Shown piece after piece: positions 1 to 11,970 of a stretch of DNA of 64,000 bases. The notes under the pieces are model-generated. The model made no database searches. It was not told where the DNA came from and saw only the letters and a program-made list of their open reading frames with translations. The DNA is from Takakia lepidozioides (Eukaryota > Plantae > Bryophyta), in the NCBI GenBank assembly GCA_030704615.1, contig CM060731.1, positions 8,990,001 to 9,054,000 of the forward strand. Direction: 5' to 3'. A program made the translations under genes and the position numbers. The first letter of the stretch is position 1; the number at the start of each line of letters is the position of its first letter.

Positions 1-645
1 CAACATGATGTGTGGACACGGATCAACCTGCACCACAGCTTCTCTCCCAGATCTTGCAGACAATGAATCAACTACCTATCTATCTATTCTAAATTGAGCT
101 CTAGCCGTTTGGCATGCAAGGAGAAGTTACTGCAGCCATACATGTACGCATATATATAAGCTAATTAGAACCTAACTATTTTTAATCTCTTTTCAATCGA
201 ATTCAATGCACTGCACCTGTGACTATATCGTTACACTCCAAGTAGTCGCAAGGATTGTGATGAATCGCCACCAAAGTCCAGGCAGTTGACACTTTGACAG
301 GAGACTTCAGTAGTTGTCAATACATTTCCCTGCGAAATGGTTGTCTCCCCTGGAAAACAGATGGTTCTGGATCTTCAGCTCTCTATATCTCCGATCTAAG
401 TTTATGGTCTCTCGTGCCTAATCTCCTCTCTGCTATGCCCGCAAATGTTGAAAATTGTACCTTTTCTCCCTTCTCTTTCCCCCATCAATCAAACCCTTCT
501 GGGTCTTCTGCTAAAATAATATAGCAATGGGATATTTATAGGAGCTACTTTGCAATCAGAGATCTCAGGTTTTTGAAGGGTCAAGTAAGACTCCAAAGAC
601 TTCGATCAAAGGACGAGTGCTGCAACTAACATATATATGGATCAT

Positions 646-3403
646 CTATTGTCTGCGAAGGAGGGAATGAGCAAGAGCCTGCAGCTCTCCATCGTCTTGC
701 TGATCCATTGAGCCACTCCTAGACTTTTGTAACGACTCGAGAATATTATGCTGGCTAGCAGCCGACAAAGGTTCTAGGCTGTTGGTGGGCATGCCCAAGT
801 CATAATTCTGCATTTCTTGGAAGGTGCTTCCCTTTTCCTTTACCCTCGAATAAGGCCCAGCAGAGCCTGATCCAGTCGGGATGGACATGGAGATGGCTGA
901 CAGCTGAGGATGGTCAATATGCTGCATGTACGCTGATGTTGGACCTGGTGACGTGGACAATGTGCTAATATGTTGCTGTTGTTGAAGATGCACTGCAGCG
1001 TGGCGATTAGCTAGTTGGGCTTGCACCATAGCCAGCTCTGCTTGCAAACCTGCCACCTGTCATACAGAAGATGGTTTCGTAGTAGACTTTAGGCTTTTTT
1101 CTCTATATTGCCAGATCCAAAGCACATCCTTACAGTCTGGTAGCTCCAAGCAAAACGAGTTCTTTTAAGTCTATAGCAGCACGGTTTTGACAAGTCATCT
1201 AGATCCAGATGCAGTACTAGTTGTCACTGACAATTACCTCATAACTTTAAGACCATCGCAGGAATAATAGTACTACAGGATACATGAATGTTTGAGTTTG
1301 CACCAAGGAGTATTCACAAATTATATGTAGCCTTATACTATAGAAGGTAAGCATCAATATACGCATTGATTACTGACAGACAAAATGCAATTTATGGATC
1401 ATCAGCCTGGGCGCAGTACTGACTACAGATTGATTCAAGTATTTTTGCTTGCAAGTTTGTGGGTATGCCAGAGATCCTCGCATATGACTTTCTTGGAAGA
1501 AACCTCTAAGCGTAGTCTTACACGAAATACACTTGTTAGTACACAGCCTTTCTCACACACCCTGCGTGATCTGCAAGTGGAATCACATCGAATTAACTGA
1601 AGTAAAGTGCCTGTGCAAGGACTATAGAGCGGGGAAACTGGAGACTCAAGAACTCGTTCAGAATCCTAGATCATAGATCTAATTTTTATGATTATCAACA
1701 GTCCAGCAACTGTGCTGGGAATTTGAAGCTCACTTCAATTGCACAGTTGGATCTGGAGGACACAAGAATGGCCCCTGTATCGCTTGTGGAAAAGTGGAAT
1801 TTCTGGCTCATTTCTGGACCACAGGGCACTCAATGCCCATCTTCTTGAACAGAAGACGTCCAGTTTCTGCATACACAATCAAGCCCACACGCTGTCCCTA
1901 CAATGTCAAGTTCCACCTACTAACTCTAGATAGAAGGAACTTAAGAAGCTCCAGCTTGTTGATGCTGGCCACTGCATACGTGGGATACATTTCAGCTTAT
2001 TGAGAGCTGAGAGTTGCCTGGCGCATCAGAATAAAACCTCTCAAGAAGCTGCCTATACTCTTAAGTAGTATAAGAGCGATTTGCTAGCGACTTGGCGATG
2101 GGTAGTGTTCATCGAAACGCATTTATTTAGCAGCGTTAATTGGCACTCTAAGTTATTGCTACACGCACCTCTAATGATTCCTGCGACCTGGATAACTTGA
2201 GGAGAGGTGCCACCACGGGTTGAGAGACTATTTCTCGGTGCATAAAATCCCTTTTTAAGCTTTTAATCATGAATCCGTCGTCTACAAATAGTATCTAGCG
2301 ACGTGGATACCCTAGAAAATGTGCCAAAATAACCATGGGTAATAAGCCTGCTAAGATTGTACACAAGCCGTGGAGATTTTCAACTATCTAGAAAGAAAAG
2401 TCATGTCACTGATCATAAATTTACATTTGGCCTGAAAGGTTTGCACACCCAGTGCATAGATCTCAAGAGTTGAGATTGAGTCCGTCGACGTCATGTCAAG
2501 ATCCCATGATTAACGGACATCATGAAAAACCAAGATGCTTTGGAAGATAATGCTTATGTACGACGGTCCAAAGACAACTGGTCTCAAGGAGGATCGTGGA
2601 AATGGAACATTCAGGCTTAAAACCCTCATGCTGTGAAATGGTTGAATCATTCCAGATTTTCATGGCCCAATTCAACGACAACATCAATGCAGGTTCAGTG
2701 GAGCCACATCTTTTCACAGCCTATCTCGAGTTGAGGTTGAGGTAGAAAATATGGCTCCAGCTCGATAGTCACGGGAGTTAAACATCATGGTGACCAAAGT
2801 TCTAGGATCCCATTAAAGATCTTTTTGTAACCTGAAACTAGCTAAAGCCGTTGTTTTGTTGTTCTCTAACATTTGATCCCTTGAATCACCGTAGGTCGCA
2901 GTGAGCTGAGAGTGAGATGAAGTGAGAGGTCCACCTAACACAATTCCAGACGACCGTTGTATTGGATTTATCTGTCTGTGAGGTTTTGCTCACCTCTACA
3001 ATTTTCTATGATGTAAGAACTATTGTTTTATCTAATTCTTGACCGTAATGTCATGGGTACATAAATTTAGAGGTGTTAGTATGTATAAACAAGAGCCACT
3101 GTGTTTGAATGAATGAGCAGTATGAACCTGTTGCTGGAGGGCAAAGATGGTGGCCACGCAGCCATAGACGGGATCGGATAGGCGCGCTTGAGCCTCGTAA
3201 CTGATAGTGAGCACGGCATCGCACCGCCGAGGTAGGGGAATGTGCAACAACAGTTTGGCCACATTGCTTGCACCAAATATTTTATGGACTGCTGCAAATC
3301 TTGCTGCACCTTGCTCAGCCCCGAAGTATGGCGCAAATATGCAACCCCGCACACACTTCCTTCGTAGAAATTTGCAAGCCCCGCATGGTGCTCCGCTGCT
3401 CAT
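646..3403 (-). CDS. LBD: LOB-domain (LBD, class I) transcription factor; 2 exons (3403-3128, 1056-646)
   Basis: CxxCx6Cx3C motif ([15 protein letters not shown]), GAS block (HKIFGASNV...[13 protein letters not shown]) and Leu zipper (LQQQ|[15 protein letters not shown]) joined in frame across a GT-AG intron at 3127-1057. Confidence 0.95.
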
Positions 3404-4129
3404 GGAGGCCGAGTATGATCCACCACCCCCCTCCCTGCGACCTGATGACCCCACCCAAGCCCGCGCCCTAGCTGAGCTTCTAGCAGCACTCTCCAGAGCA
3501 CCTATGCCGGCGGATCGCTCCGGCTCCACGCCTCCAGGGTCTACGGAATCCTTCTCCGACCCGCTCCCCTCCTGCTCCCCTCTCCTTCCCCCGGCCCAGC
3601 TTACCAGTTGATGATCGCTATTTCGTCTCGACCCTTGCCCTAACTCCCTCTCTCGACTCGACACCCAACACGCATGTGCCTCTCTCTCTCTACCCCACCC
3701 TTCCGATTGCTCGCTCTCCCTACACTCCTCGCTCCCTCCAGGGACTCTCCTCCCTCCTCTGCTCCTGTCGGCCACGTCGAATGCATATAGGTCCCACCCT
3801 CTCTCCTCCTCCCTGTCTTCCTTCCCTGCGAGCTCCCGCAGCTCGTCCTTCTCCGGACCCGCCAGCCTGCTATCTGGGACGTCCGGACTCCTTCTTTTCT
3901 GTGCTATGTGTATCTGTCTCTGTATGCGTATGTACTTTTGTGAGTTACGCTCCAACCCTGTGAGCACGGGCCTCTCTGCAAGACTATAGACGAAAGAGGC
4001 CCTGTGAGCTCAGCGATGGTGGCCTTGAGTGTCGTGGAAGGAAGCGAGCGGGCCTGCGCGCGCGGCCGCTCGGGGCTGCAGCCCTCGCGAGTGTATTGCG
4101 CTTTGCGATTTCCCTTCTCTGTGGGCCCC

Positions 4130-4168
4130 CTCTCTTCTTCTCTTCTCTTCTCTCTCTCTCTCTCTCTC
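4130..4168. repeat. (CT)n/(CTT)n microsatellite upstream of LBD
   Basis: tctcttcttctcttctcttctctctctctctctctctc read directly. Confidence 0.8.
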
Positions 4169-5127
4169 CCAAACACACTCTCGCGCAGTCGCGGGAGAGA
4201 CGCCACCCAATCACCCCACTCTTGTACTTACCCTCTCTATATTTTCCTGCGGGGTAGGTGCACATCTTCCGTCAGGGCAGCCCTCCCTGGCTGCCCGCGC
4301 TGGATTTTATCATCTATCTAGACGAAAACCATCAACCACGGTTTTCTCCAAGGCCGACGTCATCCATTCAAAGCGTCAAAAAGCTGGTGGGTTGAATGGA
4401 GTTTGGTTAGGTTAACTGAAACTAAGTTAGGTCAGGTTTGGTTTATGTTAAGGTAACGGAAGTGGTCACAAGGGTGGTGTGATGTGCCACGTGGATCCGT
4501 TTGCAAGTGGGTCCCCCAATTTACTCTACTCACCTTCTTCTCTTCTTCCTTATTACTAAATACCTACCTCACGACGTGGATGACGTTGTTGGTTATTCAT
4601 CCATCTCTTCTTCTAAATCTCGTCAGTCACACAGTCACATCCATCGCTGGATGAGCGCAATCCAGCAGCTGGATTTAGATGGTGGGATTTGGATGAATGA
4701 GAATGGGATGATAATAATATTATACACTAAACGAGAAGTACGATGTGTGGGGCAGCGGGGGGGCAGGTGGCGGGCAGGCAAGTGGGAGCACGCAAGGGCG
4801 CGGGCCGGGTTGCCCGGCCCGCGCCGGCCCGTGCTGCTGGGCACCACGTCGAGCGTGTAGCGATGTTCACGTGCCTCTACCCCGCCCCACGCTTTTGATC
4901 TCTAAACCTGACCTAACCGCAACTGACCTGACCTGTCCTGGTTGACTGACCTGGACGACCCAATGTTTCTAAATATTTGAGTGTATCTGGATAAAGGCCC
5001 GAATGGAAAGCTCCAATAGTGTTCCAACTTCGGGAGCTGGAAGATGTAAGTCTCGAGTGTACTGGTTTGTGAATGTGAAATTGAGGCTGAGATTTTGTAT
5101 TGCAGTTACATGATCCACTAGGATGCC

Positions 5128-5290
5128 CCAATCAAATTGTTGGGCATTGCTAGGAATGATTCTGGATTTGTGAGATCTGTCTCCAATCAAATCGTAGGCA
5201 GACTGGAAGGAATGATTTTGGATTGTAGGATCCGCTTCCAATCAAATCCTTGGCGAACTGTATGGAATGATTCTGGATTGTGAGATCTTG
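5128..5290 (+). repeat. 3 x 55-bp tandem repeat, each unit starting CCAATCAAAT, followed by TATATATAAG
   Basis: Units start at 5128, 5183 and 5238 and share ccaatcaaat...ggaatgattYtggatt...gatc. Confidence 0.85.
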
Positions 5291-7884
5291 GGCTATATAT
5301 AAGATGTTCATGTACCGGGCGTCCGCTCCGTATCACCGGTATTTACAGAGGATTAGCCTTTTCCCTTTGCTCGTGACGTTGTCTTAGTCCTCTCTGACTC
5401 CCCAGGAAAAAAAGATTGTTATGTACATGAGAGTTTGGTGGCTGGGATTGTTTGAAAGGAACTGCGAGTCTGTGACCTTGTAATCCATTTAAATGCATGG
5501 CCTGGGCAGCCAGCTTCCAGTTCTCTGCCAGATTATCCATAGCCATCCACTTGGAGCCTGCAGGTGATCCTGTACCATGGGAGAATTTGTCAACTTGTCA
5601 ACCATCTCTCAGAGACACAGACACTGCATCACAAAGGACTGGTCATAATACAATTCCCACACTTCAAACTGTCCTTCGCAAAGAACTCGTTACTCAAGAG
5701 AATCAACTTTCATCGGAGCAACTTTCTCTAGAACCCAATTGAGTAATTTAGCCCTTCAATACTTCAACTGTACTAGTACAACTTCCAAGCATTCAAGAGA
5801 ATCAACCTTTGGACATGTGCAGAGCAGGCTTATCCGGATTCTGGACCATATACGAGCAGGCTATGTAGAACCCCACACTGCCTGTAGAATTTCACTTACA
5901 GAATACATGGGAAGCAATTTCAAATACAAGGAAACACAGGTGATCAGCGGATCGACACTCTTGCCGGAGTGCCTCAAAGTCAACATGAATAAGTAGCTTC
6001 TGATTCACTGACCTTAATTTCAACTTGGAGCTCTTGATGGAACTTTGCCTTACTGTCAGTACAACATACATGATACCTACGTACAGAATCGGTGAGATTT
6101 GTGATGCAAGTCCCAGTACTGCAAGTCCCAGTAGTATAAGTTGCAGTTATGCCATGGTAGTACAAGGGGCATCGTGAAGGAGCGGCTCAAAGATGAGTGG
6201 TGCTTGGAGATCAGAGGGGTGGTGGTGGAGAAATTTGCACATGCAGAGTGCGGCAAGAGTGCAGAAGGACAGCAAAAGAAGAGACAGAGAGACGACGAGC
6301 TAGGGTACGAAGCCTGCTGCAATTCCTTAACGCCCAGGGATTGTCGGGAGGTTGATTTACTGGACCTCCGCACCTCCCGCTTATTCGCACCCGGGATTCA
6401 CACACTCTTCCCCGGGGATTTTCAAAATTGTGGCCAGGAGAGGGCCAGGATTTTAGTGCGGACCGGGATTCATGAAAATCCACGCTGGAATTTACCGACC
6501 CCGTGCAGCTCCGTAGTGATGGACTTGATTCTACAGTCCCCACAACACTTCCAAGGGCCAAATTTTGATATGAGGACTCCCTGGGAAAGTGCCCACCCAA
6601 CGATATGTGGGCCCGTTCTTGTCACCTTCCACACCTATTCTGGACCTTGCACATAACCACTGCTACTTACCATTGGGTTCCAACTCAATAACCTACAACT
6701 CTACATTTCACCGGAAATTAGATTAGATTAAATCGAATTCAATTGGACTTACTATTAGATTAAACTTTGATTGAAATTGATTGAAACTTTGATTGTGCTG
6801 CACTCGAACGTTACAACTGGGGTTCAAGTGTCATACGACACAGTAGATGCGCAATATCTTGTTAACTTGGAGAGAACAAAATCACAACAGTTGAAGATCT
6901 ATAAAATCATAAAACTACAACACAAGAGCGGAAGGTGGGTGGTGACAATATCCACGCCTTGATCCAACCCATACGTACGTACCAAGGATTTTATGATAAG
7001 AATCAAACATGATCTGTGCGAGGCCCATAAATGTCCACAGAAATCAAATCACGGCAAGTACACACACCGCCCACCTCACAATCTCACTTGCACACCCTCC
7101 TCTCCTGCGCTGTGGATTGCTTACGCACTGGCCTTCCATTCAAAGTTCAAACACACGAGACTGCGAATGAGAAGAAGAATCGAAGGAGAAGGTGGGCACA
7201 AGTTAGTGTAAACTTCCTAACACGAGACTGTTTCTTCGTCCAGTGCAAGCCCCGTGATCCCAGCTTTGCTGCAGTCAGCCGCGGTCGCACGCGCGGTCGG
7301 TATCGACCGCGGCCAGGCAGACATGGCGCACTGCGCAGCCGCCAGCGACGTCGGTCGCGCGGTCGGAGCCGACCGCCGACTTGCACGGCTCTGGGCAGCC
7401 CGGGAGAAAGGACGGGCAGGTAGCGTAACGCCTCTTCCGTAACGCAGCCCTGCAGTGCCACCCAGCCGCCTTCCTTTCTCTGCTCGTCTCTCTCTCTTTT
7501 CTCTTCTCTGGTGTTGTTGTTTGCTCTTGCCTGTTTGGGTGTTGTTGGTTGCGGAAGGCAGGGGCACTTTAGTTGGGTAAACTGGTGAACATCATTCTGT
7601 CTCTGGGAAATGCATAACGGCATTCCGCAATCAAGCACACGTTGGGAATCAGCAAACTCTCCCTGTGTGGGCCCTCGAGCAGCCCATGAGTTGATGGATG
7701 ACTGGCCGCCCACTATGGACAGCTACATTCTATATATACTCGCCTCCTCATCCACCTCTCGAGTAGGGAGATAGAGAGATGACGCCAGCCGACTCAAGCA
7801 GTGTAAATAAGAGCCTCTTTACTCTTTACACCATGAAGATTTTTCAATTGCACATAGTTTTCCACTACTACCCAAATGCTCATA

Positions 7885-10800
7885 GGGTAGAAGACCCTAT
7901 CACCGCCAAGTTAACACTATCAAGGTGTAATTATAGAGGTAAATGATGTTTTTTTTGAATTTTTTTCTTCACACATGGCTATATTAGGCAATGTAGATGT
8001 GTCACCAATTTTAAAATTCAAAAATCAATCAAGATTTGAACCCTTTTAATGCATAGAATCACATAGCACTCTTTCAATGCAACAAATATCAAATTTTCCC
8101 TATGTTGGTCACCTAAGTCCCTATCTCTGGCCATCATATGCCCTATTATGGTCATACCAAGCATCCTATTGGTAGCCATACTAAACCCTATTAGAGCCAT
8201 TGATTTTATGAAATCTAACAGTTGAGAAGGGAACACTTGGAGCCTCCAAGGCCATTGCCTGAATGGATATGGTGTGACATGTGGAGATACTAAGTAATTG
8301 TGAACTTGACACTTGGAGATGAAGAGTCCCTGTGAATGTGACACATCAAAGACCCTAATAGTTGTAGGTATGACAGACGGAAGCAGGAGGTAGTTACAAA
8401 ACCTAGAATCTCATGTAAGTAAGAGAAACTCTTCGAATTGCAGCACAGTTGCTCTGAGTCCAAAATGTCGCTTCATCTTCATTAGCTAGCACAAACCCAC
8501 CATAATCTACCACTACAGAAGCGAGCATTGCACATTGCAAGCATTCTCTGTCTATTTTGTCAATGCCTCTATGACCAATCTAGTTTTTTTCAGCTAGGAT
8601 ACGAGCTTTCTTCACCTTGACTGCTTCTCTCTCAACTTTTTGCTTTGCCTTTTTTATCGCTCTTTGCTCCTTCTCAATATCTCTAGCTTTCTTAGCTTCT
8701 TCTCTTTCTATTTTTTTCTTTTCTTTCTCTTCAATCAATCGTCTTTTTCTCTCTTCTTTTTCTCTTCTCATCTCACAAAACACAGGACCTGTTACTACTT
8801 GTGGTTCTGAAAAGCTGAACCCTGGCGCTCTCATACGCGGCACGGTCGTAGGATACACAGGTAAACTTAAAATTTCTACCAGAGTTTGGTTTTGTTGAAC
8901 AACCTTTGTTTCTCGATTGTACAGGGTGATCGACAACTCTTCGCATCTTGAAAGGTCTTGGTAAGCCGCAGGTGTTACTCCAGGTGGTGCTATCATAAGA
9001 CCTGAAGCTTCTGCAGGTGGTGCTATCGTAAGATCTTGAGCCACCGCTGGAGTTTTTGCTTCTTCGACCCTAGGTGGTGCTATCGCAGGATCTTGAGCCA
9101 CCATTGGAATTTCTGCTTCTACGACCCCATGATTTTGAACCACTGCTTCTACATGCATACTCTGCAACTCTTGAAATCTCGAAATATTTTGGGCAGTCAC
9201 AGGTGCCACAAATGCTACGGGTTCTATGGGAACACTTGTCATTGGCAGCTCTGGTAGTGACCCTCTGTGAACTATAGGTATCGTAGGTGTCAAATTAGGA
9301 CACTCATCCTCAAGTTCACAATCAGACATGTGTACCCTGTATACATCACCTGGATCAGCCCATGAGAGATTGTTTTGTTCACTTTGTGGGCTTGTGGTCA
9401 TGGCAGGTTGGTCGCAGTTGGCAGCTTCTGACAAAAGCATCAAAAAACCAGTTCTTCGAGTTTCATCAGGATGTTCTTCGTTATCGTACCAACTCGCATC
9501 ATCGACGTCTTCTCCTTCACAGTTGTTTTTGTCCATACCTTCATGCTTCTGTAGCATCTCTTTCATCTTTTCCATTGTCATAGTATGGTGAAACAATGCA
9601 GCCCACAAATGCGCCTGACAGAGCAAACTTTTTGTCCATAGCATGAGCATCAAAAAGATAGATACATGTTCCCCTAAACCCTGCTTTGATGTTTGAAGGA
9701 GTGAGTGCAACTGCCGGTGATTTAGATACAAGCGTAGCTAATTCTGCTTTGCAGACATCTCCAGTAGGTCTCTTAAGCATGTAGTGATCTCTCTTTTCTG
9801 AAAGCTTTCTTAAATGGAGCAAAACAAGAAACATCTAGGGGCTCAATTTGTGGCTGGTATGAGAAGGCATCATTTCTATCAATGGCTTCACTGTTAATGT
9901 GAGATGCATGACCATCTATGACTAGCAAGTGACGGTTTGAAGGGGATATACCTCCTGGAACATTTGCTGCAAAGTGCAACAACCATTTTGCAAACAAGCT
10001 GGAGGTCATCCATGCTTTTTCTTGGAATGTTTGAGCTGCACCAGGTTCACACTTCTCCAGGTGATTTCTTGAATGTCTCTTTCCTTTGAAAATGTAGAAA
10101 GTTGGAATAGCAAAACCGGCAGCATCCACACAACACATTACTGTGAGCCACTCTCGCTTTTCAGGTATGACACCATATACTGAACGAGAGCCTCGTAGTG
10201 CAATCACTTTTCCTTTTACATTGCGACCAGCCATGACCCCTGACTCATTAGCATTCCAAATGTGAGTTGGAGCATACTTGTTGACACCATCAATGAGCCC
10301 AAGAGTCCATAAAACTTGCCAACTAGTGGAGGGCACAAGTTTTGAGCTCTTTTCTTTTCCAAACCTTGAACTTCTCTTACTGACAGTTGAGGATGACGTC
10401 GCTGAAACCAATACCACCACTTTTTGTCGGGCATCCCATCTTTGAAGCATGTTTGTCGCCCTTTAGTGATCTCTTGAACCTTAATCTTCAGCATGTACAG
10501 GGAGACTGAACATCCCAAAGTCTGCATATTCAAGCACCACTCAACAAGAGCCTTTTCCTCTTCAATGGTGAGTAGGTGGACCAGATCTTCTATGCTTGCA
10601 TTTTTCATTCTACAACCAATTTCTGATTGACCCACGTGGAATCCCATACTTCCGAGAAGCAGCTGAAAGACTAATCCAACCTCCTTTCACTTCACATATC
10701 GCTGCTTCCATTTGTTCAGTTGTCCATGACTTTGTTTTGTTTTGTTTGACCTTGTGGTGCTTCTGGATTATAGGTTCAGCCACTAGTACTTGACAACTTT

Positions 10801-11970
10801 GTCCTCCATTTCCAGATCTTTTTATCTTGGGACATAAAACGTGCACATGAAGATATGAAGGAAGCTGGTTATCTTGTGATGCTTGGACTCTATGCCTCTG
10901 TGACCTGCAAAGAGCCATGATGGCTGAAGAGATCTACCTGCAGAAAAATAAGAATTAAGTACTAAAGTAGAGTAATGGATTGATTAATTGTTCAGTTTGC
11001 CTTCTTTTTGTAGGATTTTTTTTATTTGCCTCAAGCCAAGAACTCGGTAGGAGACTGTGATACAACTAACTTTTGCCAGCTCATTGTGATTATAATAGCA
11101 GTACCTTTGAGACTCTTTAGTCAAAATACTCAACTTGTAGAATGTAAAAAAAAAATCTGCGTGGAGTGGTTTGCTTATACCCTCACTAGAAATACCATGT
11201 GGCATGTCATTTGTATACTCCACACTCTACCATTTTTCATGGAACTTAGATGCTAGATTTGCTACTACAATCTTGATAATGAGATCTAAATCATTGCTAG
11301 AATGTGAAGCATGCATAATATTCTACAGACATGAAACGCTTCCAATATAGAAATTACCATAAGCAAGATTAAAGAACAGCTTATCAATGCCAGAAAACTA
11401 GGCCAAGACTGAATTCCTCTAGAAACAAAAGACAAGTAAGGTTGGTGTCTCAAGGAAGAGAGAGATAAGGGAGGGAATGAAAAAGATGTGAGAACTACTC
11501 AACCTACCCAAAGAGATGAAGGGACCACCATTGAGCGGCAATGTTTCAAGCTCATGGAGGAGGCAACTATAGAATTTCAAATTTTAGGTTGCATTTATGC
11601 ATGGTGGCCATCTCAAATGGATTCCTTTGTATCTTTCAGGTTTAATTAATGTATGGTGGCTGTCCTAGTCCTAGAAGATCTTATCTTTATTAGAGATAAT
11701 TGCAAACCATTGGTTAAGCCAAGATTTGCATATGTCTTGGTCAGAATTGGTCTGCTAATATATCATGTAGCTTAATTGGCGTTAATTTTATAGACACAAG
11801 TTGCAGCATCATGGTAACCTTGATAGGGGTTATGAGGGTGGCTTTTATGGGTGTACTTGTGGCTATGATAGGGTCTATTCATTGATCCATAATGGGCCCC
11901 AAAATGGTCTAGATAGGGTACTCTGGCATGGCAAATATGGGGTCTGTGGCCATGATAGGGTCTTCTACCC
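7885..11970 (-). mobile_element. pogo/Tigger-like (Tc1/mariner superfamily) DNA transposon with both ends intact and TA target-site duplication
   Basis: TIR GGGTAGAAGACCCTATCA at 7885-7902 and its exact reverse complement at 11953-11970; TA at 7883-7884 and 11971-11972; internal transposase remnant. Confidence 0.92.
8580..10918 (-). pseudogene. pogo-family transposase (HTH_psq + CENP-B-type HTH + DDE domain + acidic/coiled-coil tail), frameshifted
   Basis: SWTTEQMEAAI..SLSAASRKYGIPRGSIRNWL; LTIEEEKALVEWCL..KWWYWFQRRHPQLS; IWNANESG (first catalytic D replaced by N), KREWLTVMCCVDAAG, LLVIDGHASH, spread over several frames. Confidence 0.9.

Noticed and set aside
3984-4945. Many overlapping ORFs on both strands (similarly 7031-7713 and 54621-55279)
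   Set aside because: GC-rich or microsatellite promoter/UTR sequence lacking stops by composition
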